Origin: Candidatus Latescibacterota bacterium
GTDB lineage: Bacteria; Latescibacterota; UBA2968; UBA8231
Reading direction: 5' to 3'
NCBI GenBank assembly: GCA_965217585.1
Contig: OZ244561.1
Location: 7,104,001 to 7,168,000 of the forward strand
DNA length: 64,000 nucleotides
The translations under genes were made by a program, and so were the position numbers. Each line of letters opens with the position of its first letter. Position 1 is the stretch's first letter. The notes under the pieces are model-generated. The model worked only from the letters and a program-made list of their open reading frames with translations, made no database searches and was not told the DNA's origin. Shown here one piece after another: positions 37,054 to 48,326 of the stretch.

Positions 37054-37982
37054 GGCTGAAGCCTCTCGGGGTTTGGACCACGCCTTGGCAGGCGGATTCG
37101 CTGCTTGGCGCGATGGCGTGTGCATGGGCGCGTTCTCGGGGGCAGGATGCGCTCCAGCGGGACTTTTTGGAGCCGTGGCTCGCCCACGAGCCGCTGTTTG
37201 TCATCTCCGATGCTTTTCCTGGCGATTCTTTGCCAGCACCGGCGGGCCTGCCGTTATGGTGGGACTGGCCTTCGGAAGAACGCAAAACCGTCAAGAAATG
37301 TCGCTGGATGACTACGACCGACTTTCGTCGAGTCCAAGAGGGGAAAAAACCCAATCTAGAAGATCCCGGTATCTCTATCCGCGATCGCGTGCGGCTGCGC
37401 AATACCATCTCCCGCGTTTCCAATACCACGGGTGCTGGTGGTGAACTCTTTGAAGTGCCGTTTTCAAATCTCAGCAAGTCCGACGGCAGCCTGACCATTT
37501 TTGCTCGCGCTGCCGACGGTGGCTTGCAGATTTTGCTGGAGGCCTTGGAAATGCTGGGGCGGACCGGGTATGGTGCCGATGCCTCGGTGGGCCACGGCGG
37601 TTTTGAGCTAGACGGCGATCCAACTTCCTGTCCCGAACTGGATAATGTTCTTGGGGCTGACGGGTTCACATCCCTCTCAACGTTCCAGCCAGCGGCTACT
37701 GACCCAGTGGAAGGTTTCTGGCGACTCTTCGTCAAGTACGGAAAACTGGCCCCAGAGTTCCACTCTAGCGCCGTGTTCAAACGTCCACAGGTCATGCTGG
37801 CGGCCGGTGCCTGCTTCCGCACGAAACACCCTCCAAAACCTTTCTACGGTGCTCCGATTGGGCCGGAGCGCTTGCTTAGCAAAAGTGCCCGTGAATCGCT
37901 TGCCGCACGGGGCATTCACCCGGTTCAAGCGGCTTTCGCGCTCGCTGTTCCCATGATCTGGCTAAAGGGAACAGACGGGTGA
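37032..37982 (+). CDS. csm4: Type III-A Csm4 (Cas5)
   Basis: 'ADSLLGAMA', 'VISDAFP', 'RNTISR', 'GYGADASVGHGGF', 'FKRP...GACF'. Confidence 0.85.
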   Translation: MDPLVRLRLKPLGVWTTPWQADSLLGAMACAWARSRGQDALQRDFLEPWLAHEPLFVISDAFPGDSLPAPAGLPLWWDWPSEERKTVKKCRWMTTTDFRRVQEGKKPNLEDPGISIRDRVRLRNTISRVSNTTGAGGELFEVPFSNLSKSDGSLTIFARAADGGLQILLEALEMLGRTGYGADASVGHGGFELDGDPTSCPELDNVLGADGFTSLSTFQPAATDPVEGFWRLFVKYGKLAPEFHSSAVFKRPQVMLAAGACFRTKHPPKPFYGAPIGPERLLSKSARESLAARGIHPVQAAFALAVPMIWLKGTDG

Positions 37983-38009
37983 GCTTACAGTTAAAGGATT
38001 GACGCTTAT

Positions 38010-39083
38010 ATGGCACACCTACTCATCACCACTGTTGGCACGTCTCTGCTAACCAACCGCGATGACCGTCCATGGGCAGGATGGAATGGGCGGGCTGGCG
38101 ACCCGTTGCCAGACGTAGTGGACGTAGATCAGTGGCTGGATCAGGCAGAGGTGGTCACAGCTAGCGCCGAAACTAATACCTTGTACGCCATTGGCGTCCA
38201 TGACTCAGATCATATCCTCTTCCTCCACTCCGACACACCAGAAGGGCGCTTTTGTTCAGAGCGGCTGCAACATTTCTACGCCAAGCGTTGCCGTCAAGTT
38301 TACGGTCGTTCGCTAACTGCCTTGGGGTACTCCCACGCTAGCTTCTCGCAAAAAGGGTTGAAAGTCTTGGTCGAAGAAGCCATCAAAGCCGTGCGTGAAG
38401 CGCGTAAAAAATCTCTTCAACCCGTATTTTGTGCCACAGGTGGGTTCAAGGCCGAAATCGCTTTTCTCAACTTATTGGGTGCCTTGTTAGAGGTCGAAGT
38501 GTACTACATCCACGAGCAATTTAGAGAGATTGTTCGCCTGCCTCGCTTGCCATTGAATTGGGATATGCAATGGGTTATAGAACGCCAGGATTTTTTTCAG
38601 TGGATTGATGACGAGCCACGTCCAAGCGCAGAGGTGGAGAACCGATTAAAGGCGCGCCCAGAACTTCGGCCGCTCATCGAAGATGATGCGGATGGAAACT
38701 CGTACCTCAATGCGGCGGGCGACTTGCTGTTTCGCGTTGCCAAGGAACGGTTGAGCCTTGAACCTCGTGCGACTTGGCCCGATGTGGTGGCGAGACCGCC
38801 GCAAGAAAAAGATCACCTTTCTGATGTGGAGCATCACCGTCCGAAAGGTTGGAAGAATTTCGTCTCTCGCCTTTGTGCGATTGATTGCGTAAGCCGAGTC
38901 TCTTATGATACGGCCGCCTTTGGCGGCGAAGTGGTCAAGGTGCTCGACGGTGCCAACGGCGTCATTGCGGTGCGATATGGTAAGGGCGACAAGGAGTTAC
39001 CCTTACGCATTGAGACATCTGCTCGTGGGACAGAGCAAACGGAGTTGGTTGAAGAATACATTGCACGGTGTCTTCGGAACTGA
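38010..39083 (+). CDS. APE2256/Crn1-like CARF protein with wHTH-like region and an extra C-terminal domain
   Basis: 'ITTVGTSLL', 'SAETN', 'HSDTPEG', 'ATGGFKAE', 'YYIHE...LP'; C-terminal about 100 aa with 'EHHRP...IETSARG'. Confidence 0.82.
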   Translation: MAHLLITTVGTSLLTNRDDRPWAGWNGRAGDPLPDVVDVDQWLDQAEVVTASAETNTLYAIGVHDSDHILFLHSDTPEGRFCSERLQHFYAKRCRQVYGRSLTALGYSHASFSQKGLKVLVEEAIKAVREARKKSLQPVFCATGGFKAEIAFLNLLGALLEVEVYYIHEQFREIVRLPRLPLNWDMQWVIERQDFFQWIDDEPRPSAEVENRLKARPELRPLIEDDADGNSYLNAAGDLLFRVAKERLSLEPRATWPDVVARPPQEKDHLSDVEHHRPKGWKNFVSRLCAIDCVSRVSYDTAAFGGEVVKVLDGANGVIAVRYGKGDKELPLRIETSARGTEQTELVEEYIARCLRN

Positions 39084-39179
39084 CCGCTTTGCGTAATTTA
39101 CATCAGGTTTTAAATACCTAAAGGCTTGAAGGCATGATTACTCCGCTGGTTGCTTTAACCATATAGGGAACGCCACCCC

Positions 39180-40892
39180 ATGCCTCACGACTCCCAACTC
39201 ACCCTACCTCTACCCCCGCCGCCAGTCGATGAGAATACGCCGCTGGTCCCGGCCCGCATGGTCAACGAATGGGTTTATTGCCCGCGGCTGGCCTATTTGG
39301 AATGGGTGGAAGGCGAGTGGGCTGAGAGCGGAGACACGGCTGAGGGGCGGCGCGCTCATGGGCGAGTTGATGAAGGTGGGGGTCGCTTGCCTGCGCCCGA
39401 CGAACTCGGCGAGGAGATGACCCGCGCCCGGGCCGTTACCCTTGCCTCGGAGCGGCTCGGCGTTATCGCCAAGATGGATGTCGTGGAGGCCGACGAGGGT
39501 ATCGCAATGCCGGTGGACTTCAAGAAAGGGAAGCGGCCCCACGTCGCCGCCGGAGCCTACGAGCCTGAGCGCGTCCAAATCTGCACCCAAGCCATGATCC
39601 TCGAAGACAATGGCTATAAGGTCGAGCAGGGGGTGCTTTGGTACGCTGGCTCACGCGAGCGGGTGCAGGTCGTTATCGACGACGAACTCCGCGCCCAGAC
39701 TTTGGAGGCGATTGCCGGCCTGCGATGGGCAGCGGCCAGTGGTCGTCGGCCACCGCCGCTTGAAAATAGCCCCAAGTGCCCGCGCTGTTCGCTGGCTGGC
39801 ATCTGCCTGCCGGATGAGACCAATCTGTTCCGCAAGGGGTATCCGCCGCGCCCGCTGAACCCGTCCGACGATCCGGCGCTGCCGCTCTACGTGCAAACGC
39901 CGGGGGCGCGGCTGCGCAAAAGCGGCGAGCGCTTGGTGGTGGAGACCAAAGAAGAGACCGTGGAAGTGCCCCTGATTGACGTTTCCCAAGTCGATCTGTT
40001 CGGCCCGGTCTCGGTGACTACGCCGGCTCTACACGCGCTGATGAACGCCGAGATTCCAGTGTCGTGGTTTTCTACGGGCGGCTGGTTCCTCGGCCACACC
40101 GTGGGGACTGGCAATGGCAATGTGGCCGTGCGCCAAGCCCAGTACCAAGCTGCTTTTGACGAGCCTCGCCGCCTCGCCTTTGCGCGCGACTTGGTGGCGG
40201 CTAAGGTGCGTAATGCGCGGACGATGCTGCGGCGCAACTGGCGTGTCAGTGGAGACGCGGAGGCGAAAAGCGACGTCTTGGTGCGATTACAGCGCATTGT
40301 CCAGCGGGTGCCCCGCGCTAAAGACGACCGTCAATTGCTCGGCATTGAGGGCGAGGCCGCGGCGATCTATTTCGCCTGTTTTGAGAACATGCTCACCGAG
40401 GGTGGGAAAGAGGATGTGCCCGCGTTCGCTTTTGCAAAGCGCAATCGGCGTCCGCCCACCGATCCGGTGAATGCCATGCTCTCGCTGGCTTATGCCTTGT
40501 TGACGCGGGTTTTCACGACCGCGATCTCGGCGACCGGCTTGGACCCTTACATGGGCCTCTACCATCGCCCGCGTCATGGTCGCCCGGCGCTGGCCCTCGA
40601 TTTGATGGAGCCATTTCGGCCTATTGTCGCGGACTCCTGCGTACTTCAGGCTATCAATAACGGCGAGGTCAAACCGGGGGATTTCGTATTCAACGGCCCG
40701 GCGTGTTCGCTAAAGACTAATGGGCGCAAGGCGTTTATCGCCGCGTTTGAGCGTCGTCTGGAGCAGGAAACCACGCATCCGCTTTTTGGCTATCGCGTCT
40801 CTATGCGGCGGCTGATTGAGGTGCAGGCTCGGTTGTTTGCCCGGCATTTGCAGGGCGAAATTGTCCCCTATCCGCATTATCTGCCCCGGTAG
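39180..40892 (+). CDS. cas1: Cas4-Cas1 fusion
   Basis: 'WVYCPRL', 'DFKKG', 'KCPRCSLAGICLP' (Cas4); 'GIEGEAAAIYF', 'NRRPPTDPVNAMLS', 'LALDLMEPFR' (Cas1). Confidence 0.95.
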   Translation: MPHDSQLTLPLPPPPVDENTPLVPARMVNEWVYCPRLAYLEWVEGEWAESGDTAEGRRAHGRVDEGGGRLPAPDELGEEMTRARAVTLASERLGVIAKMDVVEADEGIAMPVDFKKGKRPHVAAGAYEPERVQICTQAMILEDNGYKVEQGVLWYAGSRERVQVVIDDELRAQTLEAIAGLRWAAASGRRPPPLENSPKCPRCSLAGICLPDETNLFRKGYPPRPLNPSDDPALPLYVQTPGARLRKSGERLVVETKEETVEVPLIDVSQVDLFGPVSVTTPALHALMNAEIPVSWFSTGGWFLGHTVGTGNGNVAVRQAQYQAAFDEPRRLAFARDLVAAKVRNARTMLRRNWRVSGDAEAKSDVLVRLQRIVQRVPRAKDDRQLLGIEGEAAAIYFACFENMLTEGGKEDVPAFAFAKRNRRPPTDPVNAMLSLAYALLTRVFTTAISATGLDPYMGLYHRPRHGRPALALDLMEPFRPIVADSCVLQAINNGEVKPGDFVFNGPACSLKTNGRKAFIAAFERRLEQETTHPLFGYRVSMRRLIEVQARLFARHLQGEIVPYPHYLPR

Positions 40893-40897
40893 CGAAT

Positions 40898-41191
40898 ATG
40901 GCCAACGAGCGTCTCTACATCGTTGCTTATGACATTGCCGAGCCGAAGCGTTGGCGGCGCGTGTTCAAGGTGATGAAAGGCTATGGACACTGGTTGCAGT
41001 TATCGATTTTCCAGTGTCGGCTGACGGCCCGGCGACGGGCTGAGATGACGGCGCGGTTGGAAGGTTTGATCAAATTGGCAGAGGATCACATTCTGATTTT
41101 GGATTTGGGGCCTGCTGACCAAGTTGATCCTCTGGTAGAAAGTCTGGGCAAGACGTATGAAGCGCCGAGTCGGCAGGCGACAATTGTTTAG
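40898..41191 (+). CDS. cas2: Cas2
   Basis: 'YIVAYDIAEPKRWRRV', 'LQLSIFQC'. Confidence 0.95.
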   Translation: MANERLYIVAYDIAEPKRWRRVFKVMKGYGHWLQLSIFQCRLTARRRAEMTARLEGLIKLAEDHILILDLGPADQVDPLVESLGKTYEAPSRQATIV

Positions 41192-41400
41192 CGGGGAATC
41201 TGCCGTGTCCCCTGCGAGTGCTCGGATGCAAAGAAAAAGGCCGGTAGCTCTCGCAATGCGCTTTCTATTTGTATTACAAGGAGATAGGTCGTATTATGAT
41301 ATGCGTTTGGCGAACAATTTGCATGTTCGAGAAGACAAAGCGGCCACCGCTCGCAAAAGGGGTGGAAAACCCAAGCCGCACAGGGAGTTCCGAAGGGACT
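41192..41400 (+). promoter_or_regulatory. CRISPR leader
   Basis: Non-coding with an AT-rich core, between cas2 and the first repeat; the degenerate repeat is at the far end of the array. Confidence 0.8.
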
Positions 41401-44400
41401 AATTTCCGGGGTGGAAACGCCCCGGCCTCATTGAAGCTACCACTTGAGTATTTGTGACAAGTTCCTCTTTATTAGCAATTTCCGGGGTGGAAACGCCCCG
41501 GCCTCATTGAAGCTCGTTCCACGGCATCATGTTCACCTTCTCGATCAACAATTTCCGGGGTGGAAACGCCCCGGCCTCATTGAAGCACGAATACGCCGAG
41601 ATGGAGTTCTTTTCTGAGGGCCAATTTCCGGGGTGGAAACGCCCCGGCCTCATTGAAGCTCGAGTTGAGGAAAAATATTTTTCTTAAATTTTTGTTAATT
41701 TCCGGGGTGGAAACGCCCCGGCCTCATTGAAGCTTGATGCTTTTGACGAGCGCCAACCCGCCCCGCGATAGCGGGAAATTTCCGGGGTGGAAACGCCCCG
41801 GCCTCATTGAAGCATCGCGTAAGCTGTCGAGAGGGGAACCTGCCCGCCGAAATTTCCGGGGTGGAAACGCCCCGGCCTCATTGAAGCGCGCAAGGTCGCG
41901 TCTTTGCTCCGCGGCGCTGGCGTAATTTCCGGGGTGGAAACGCCCCGGCCTCATTGAAGCGACATGCGCACGGATGCGGCCTCGGGTCATCGAAAGCAAT
42001 TTCCGGGGTGGAAACGCCCCGGCCTCATTGAAGCAGAAAAGGCCGATAAGTCTCGGAGCATAGCTGTCGAAAGAAATTTCCGGGGTGGAAACGCCCCGGC
42101 CTCATTGAAGCGAGGTCGTATGGTTTGACCTGCCTACACCTACGGGCCAATTTCCGGGGTGGAAACGCCCCGGCCTCATTGAAGCCCGGATGGCCCACCA
42201 TTGAAGGCGGCGAATCGTGAAAATTTCCGGGGTGGAAACGCCCCGGCCTCATTGAAGCATTTCTAAGCTCCTTTAAATAAAAATCTAATATAATAATTTC
42301 CGGGGTGGAAACGCCCCGGCCTCATTGAAGCCCTCTGCAGAAGAATTCGCTGCAAAAAACTGAATACAATTTCCGGGGTGGAAACGCCCCGGCCTCATTG
42401 AAGCTCTTGCTGGTTTTGTTGCAGGTTCCTTACGGTCGCCGAATTTCCGGGGTGGAAACGCCCCGGCCTCATTGAAGCCGATATGCTTCTATATACATTT
42501 TTTGCCTTAGACAAAATTTCCGGGGTGGAAACGCCCCGGCCTCATTGAAGCAGGCAAAGCACCCCTATACTCACCCTCACGACAGGAAATTTCCGGGGTG
42601 GAAACGCCCCGGCCTCATTGAAGCCACCTATACCAGACTCTCTATGTATGCGCCCCGGCTGCAATTTCCGGGGTGGAAACGCCCCGGCCTCATTGAAGCC
42701 TTTCATGATTTATCCTTTCACATTTAGCTACTGAAATTTCCGGGGTGGAAACGCCCCGGCCTCATTGAAGCTCTTGGATGTTGGGGTAAGTTTCCTTACC
42801 GACGCTATAATTTCCGGGGTGGAAACGCCCCGGCCTCATTGAAGCGCTCCTTCTTGAATGAGTTGGATAGTTGATGCAGGCGCAATTTCCGGGGTGGAAA
42901 CGCCCCGGCCTCATTGAAGCGAGTGAGGATCGAGACATCCCCACAGGTCTCGGCACAATTTCCGGGGTGGAAACGCCCCGGCCTCATTGAAGCTCTCGCT
43001 CACAACGCGCAAAAGCTCACCGCAGCCGACAATTTCCGGGGTGGAAACGCCCCGGCCTCATTGAAGCTCCGATAGCAAGCTGTTTCTGTTGGGCAATCCG
43101 CAAGAATTTCCGGGGTGGAAACGCCCCGGCCTCATTGAAGCTAGCTATTGCAGGCTCCGCAAAATCCGTTCTCGGTAATTTCCGGGGTGGAAACGCCCCG
43201 GCCTCATTGAAGCACCGCTTGGGGCAATACCTATGGTCGTATGGGCCGCAATTTCCGGGGTGGAAACGCCCCCGCCTCATTGAAGCTTCGGCAACGCGAA
43301 CATCAGCGCCAAAGCCTCCGCAAATTTCCGGGGTGGAAACGCCCCGGCCTCATTGAAGCGATCGACTGCTTGCGCGACTCAAAATCGTTGATGACAATTT
43401 CCGGGGTGGAAACGCCCCGGCCTCATTGAAGCTCTTCAGCAGACCTTCAAAAAACCTTCAAATGAGAATAATTTCCGGGGTGGAAACGCCCCGGCCTCAT
43501 TGAAGCTTGGCCTCATGGGAAACAAGATACAGAAAGTTGCTCAATTTCCGGGGTGGAAACGCCCCGGCCTCATTGAAGCTTCTAGGCGGGCGGTGGAAAG
43601 GGGGATCTTCTGCATCAATTTCCGGGGTGGAAACGCCCCGGCCTCATTGAAGCTTCTTGTGAGAGGCCCTGCAGCCGGAACGAGTCGGCAATTTCCGGGG
43701 TGGAAACGCCCCGGCCTCATTGAAGCTTCTTATCGGCTAAATCCTCTTAGTCTAGGTTTGGCCCAATTTCCGGGGTGGAAACGCCCCGGCCTCATTGAAG
43801 CTACCAATTAGCGATTTAGAATTGATGCAGGAGAAAGACAATTTCCGGGGTGGAAACGCCCCGGCCTCATTGAAGCGTGCGGAGGGCGTTGACGTGCCAC
43901 GGCGATAGAAATAATTTCCGGGGTGGAAACGCCCCGGCCTCATTGAAGCACCGCTTATGGAGAGTAAAAGTTGCAGGGGGGTACGAATTTCCGGGGTGGA
44001 AACGCCCCGGCCTCATTGAAGCTGAGCCTCCCCGGTCGATTGTATCAGCATCTTCCCCAAATTTCCGGGGTGGAAACGCCCCGGCCTCATTGAAGCAATC
44101 ACACTGGGACGCTGCAAAGCCAATTTGACACGGCCAATTTCCGGGGTGGAAACGCCCCGGCCTCATTGAAGCATGGCAGCCACCGCGCTTTCGAGGATCT
44201 CCAAGGGGTAATTTCCGGGGTGGAAACGCCCCGGCCTCATTGAAGCTTGTATTCGACGAAGTGCTCGGAGTTGGCACCCGAAGGGGGCGCGAATTTCCGG
44301 GGTGGAAACGCCCCGGCCTCATTGAAGCTTGTGGTTGATGACGAACCCCTGGTTCTCTATCTCGCAATTTCCGGGGTGGAAACGCCCCGGCCTCATTGAA

Positions 44401-47400
44401 GCAGCTCCAACAGCGACTTGAGCATCGGCTTTTCGCCGGTAAATTTCCGGGGTGGAAACGCCCCGGCCTCATTGAAGCAGCCAACGAGATAAACGAATGG
44501 TTTCAGGCGACGGGAATTTCCGGGGTGGAAACGCCCCGGCCTCATTGAAGCGGCTATGGGCGTTGAAGTATGCTCCAGGTGCGACGAGAATTTCCGGGGT
44601 GGAAACGCCCCGGCCTCATTGAAGCTTGATGTGTGTGAACGTCCGATAAATATCGTCGCGTGAATTTCCGGGGTGGAAACGCCCCGGCCTCATTGAAGCT
44701 GGAAAAAAGGTCGCGCAGATCCACATCCAAATCCCAATTTCCGGGGTGGAAACGCCCCGGCCTCATTGAAGCTTTGAAACGAGTGTGTCATTTGGTGTCG
44801 GTTGGTCCAATTTCCGGGGTGGAAACGCCCCGGCCTCATTGAAGCCAAATAACGAATCGAACACCGAAGCATCATAGCCAAATTTCCGGGGTGGAAACGC
44901 CCCGGCCTCATTGAAGCTGCCATTCGGCATGTTTTTCCAGCTGGTAGGCCAAGAATTTCCGGGGTGGAAACGCCCCGGCCTCATTGAAGCGAGAAAATGA
45001 TGGCGTTCAAGGCATTCCATACGGCCTAATTTCCGGGGTGGAAACGCCCCGGCCTCATTGAAGCTATCGCCTCGCTCTCCCCCGCTCAAATCGACCAGTT
45101 CACACAAATTTCCGGGGTGGAAACGCCCCGGCCTCATTGAAGCGTGGCCTCAATCAGAGTATCGTCCAGCTCAACAATACGGATTTCCGGGGTGGAAACG
45201 CCCCGGCCTCATTGAAGCCCGTATGACGACCGGCATCTCCGTATCCTCTCAGGCCTATTTCCGGGGTGGAAACGCCCCGGCCTCATTGAAGCGATTGGAG
45301 TTCAGCAAATGAAAGTCCTCATCGCCTGCATTTCCGGGGTGGAAACGCCCCGGCCTCATTGAAGCTTATCAGCGACGAGCTGCCCAACGGCACGGCCTCC
45401 CGATTTCCGGGGTGGAAACGCCCCGGCCTCATTGAAGCTCAGTATCAGTGCGAGCGGATACCCGATGTTCTGACAAATTTCCGGGGTGGAAACGCCCCGG
45501 CCTCATTGAAGCTGTACATGCTGGATACCCTTACCCTTGCAGGTGGTACAATTTCCGGGGTGGAAACGCCCCGGCCTCATTGAAGCTTGGGCTTACGCTG
45601 CCGGTAACAGTCGGCTGTCCTGCATTTCCGGGGTGGAAACGCCCCGGCCTCATTGAAGCCAGCAAAACAGGGGTAGCGACGCATCTGCATTGCACAATTT
45701 CCGGGGTGGAAACGCCCCGGCCTCATTGAAGCGGCCTGACGGGCAAGACGATCAAGGAAATCTACGTCATTTCCGGGGTGGAAACGCCCCGGCCTCATTG
45801 AAGCCTGTCGTTGATCGCGTAGAGCTGGCCGTTGTGGTTGGTCATTTCCGGGGTGGAAACGCCCCGGCCTCATTGAAGCTGTGATACCCGGTGTTGTCTA
45901 AGGCTACGTTCAGCCCGATTTCCGGGGTGGAAACGCCCCGGCCTCATTGAAGCGCGGTGAGATTGAGCACGGGCGTCGTTTTGAAAAAGATTTCCGGGGT
46001 GGAAACGCCCCGGCCTCATTGAAGCAAATAGCATTTTTTTTGTACGTGATAACTTCCTTAGATTTCCGGGGTGGAAACGCCCCGGCCTCATTGAAGCTCC
46101 CCCGAAGGCATCGAAGGGAACGTCTGGAATGTCCGATTTCCGGGGTGGAAACGCCCCGGCCTCATTGAAGCACACCAAAGGCAGCAACCTATCAGCCGAT
46201 GAGGTCATTTCCGGGGTGGAAACGCCCCGGCCTCATTGAAGCCGTATCTCATGGTCAAATCTTCCATCAACTTCTGCCCATTTCCGGGGTGGAAACGCCC
46301 CGGCCTCATTGAAGCCGTATCTCATGGTCAAATCTTCCATCAACTTCTGCCCATTTCCGGGGTGGAAACGCCCCGGCCTCATTGAAGCATGTCGTTGACG
46401 TAGAACATTTCATTGCGGATCGGGGCATTTCCGGGGTGGAAACGCCCCGGCCTCATTGAAGCTGGCCACCGTAGGTTGTCCGTATATCTTTCCAAGGTGT
46501 CATTTCCGGGGTGGAAACGCCCCGGCCTCATTGAAGCGCTGGGGTATTGCGGTCAAAGAATCGCTGTAGTAGCCCATTTCCGGGGTGGAAACGCCCCGGC
46601 CTCATTGAAGCTTGTACAGCTTGGCAAAGGAGCGGAACTGATCGGCTGGATTTCCGGGGTGGAAACGCCCCGGCCTCATTGAAGCCCGCAGGAGACATAT
46701 GTCCATATAGTGCAAAACTAAAATTTCCGGGGTGGAAACGCCCCGGCCTCATTGAAGCAGGTGTCGGTGGATTTACCCCAACCCATAGCGAGAGATTTCC
46801 GGGGTGGAAACGCCCCGGCCTCATTGAAGCACGGCTCAAGATTTTTCGCATATAGGCTACCTCGGCGAAATTTCCGGGGTGGAAACGCCCCGGCCTCATT
46901 GAAGCTGCCATCGGCGGACATTCATATCCTCAGACTGCATCCATTTCCGGGGTGGAAACGCCCCGGCCTCATTGAAGCACAGTGATCCTAATTTGTCTGA
47001 CAACAAAGGCAGACCATTTCCGGGGTGGAAACGCCCCGGCCTCATTGAAGCGAGGCCATGTCTCCTGCTTCGGAGTCGGAATTGCCGATTTCCGGGGTGG
47101 AAACGCCCCGGCCTCATTGAAGCAGCTCATCAGTGCGGCGACGCAACTCCCCTATCAGGTCATTTCCGGGGTGGAAACGCCCCGGCCTCATTGAAGCTTG
47201 AACACGCGCTCCATGTAGTCCGCCAGATCGCCCATTTCCGGGGTGGAAACGCCCCGGCCTCATTGAAGCTGCAAGAGGGACTTGAGATACGCCCGCTTGT
47301 TCAAAATATTTCCGGGGTGGAAACGCCCCGGCCTCATTGAAGCCACGGCGGTGGAGTTAATGACGCCCTCATGACTCCGTTATTTCCGGGGTGGAAACGC

Positions 47401-48004
47401 CCCGGCCTCATTGAAGCGCCGTCTCGTCGCACCAGGTCGTATCGTGCTGCGGGCATTTCCGGGGTGGAAACGCCCCGGCCTCATTGAAGCTCGATACCGA
47501 CGATGTAAAAGCAGTCCACCTGTTGCGATTTCCGGGGTGGAAACGCCCCGGCCTCATTGAAGCGCCGTCTCGTCGCACCAGGTCGTATCGTGCTGCGGGC
47601 ATTTCCGGGGTGGAAACGCCCCGGCCTCATTGAAGCCTCTTGGGAATATAGGATAGTCAAACACATTGCCATGATTTCCGGGGTGGAAACGCCCCGGCCT
47701 CATTGAAGCAAGAAATTCCGGTATCGCGCCCTGTTGACCGTGATCGAATTTCCGGGGTGGAAACGCCCCGGCCTCATTGAAGCAAGAGCAACGACTCATC
47801 CGAGATACCGCCCTGCTGCCATTTCCGGGGTGGAAACGCCCCGGCCTCATTGAAGCCTCAATCCGGCAAGCTCATTTACCACTGCCATGCCCTATTTCCG
47901 GGGTGGAAACGCCCCGGCCTCATTGAAGCTACTACGTCTACGAAGACACCGAAGCCGGGTCTAACCGGATTTCCGGGGTGGAAACGCCCCGATCTCATTG
48001 AAGC
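41401..48004 (+). CRISPR. CRISPR array, about 90 repeats / 89 spacers (manual count)
   Basis: 36-nt repeat ATTTCCGGGGTGGAAACGCCCCGGCCTCATTGAAGC (hairpin plus ATTGAAGC handle). Spacers about 35-46 nt. Last repeat 47969-48004 is degenerate. Confidence 0.98.
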
Positions 48005-48074
48005 GCTCCAATCGAGTTGGGTGATTGTATCGCTTCTGAGAAGAGATTATCTTAAGTTAAACTTGAAAGGGGGC

Positions 48075-48326
48075 ATGACTATGCCAGAGGTGATCAGCGC
48101 CAAACAGCTCCGAGAGCGTCTACAGGATGTCGTTAAAAAAGTGCGACACGGGGAGCGATTTACCGTTCTATACCGCAGTCGTCCGGCTTTCGACATCGTC
48201 CCGGTTGGCAGTCCACCGCTCGAAAACGCGCCACTGGAATCGGATTCGCTGTACCAGGCCCCAGCCGTTGGGGCATCCGAATCGGGGGACGCTGCCGCAC
48301 GGCATGACGAGGTGCTGTACCGGTGA
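48075..48326 (+). CDS. Phd/YefM family antitoxin
   Basis: 'ISAKQLRERLQDVVKKVRHGERFTVLYRSRP'; GTGA overlap with the PIN gene. Confidence 0.8.
   Translation: MTMPEVISAKQLRERLQDVVKKVRHGERFTVLYRSRPAFDIVPVGSPPLENAPLESDSLYQAPAVGASESGDAAARHDEVLYR

Noticed and set aside
43251-43286. Repeat variant (CGCCCCCGCC)
   Set aside because: Single unpropagated substitution; ordinary mutation or sequencing error.
41724-48074. Many ORFs containing FPGWKRPGLIEA, MRPGRFHPGN or NFRGGNAPASLK
   Set aside because: They are translations of the CRISPR repeat; the 47850 start for the antitoxin is likewise spurious.
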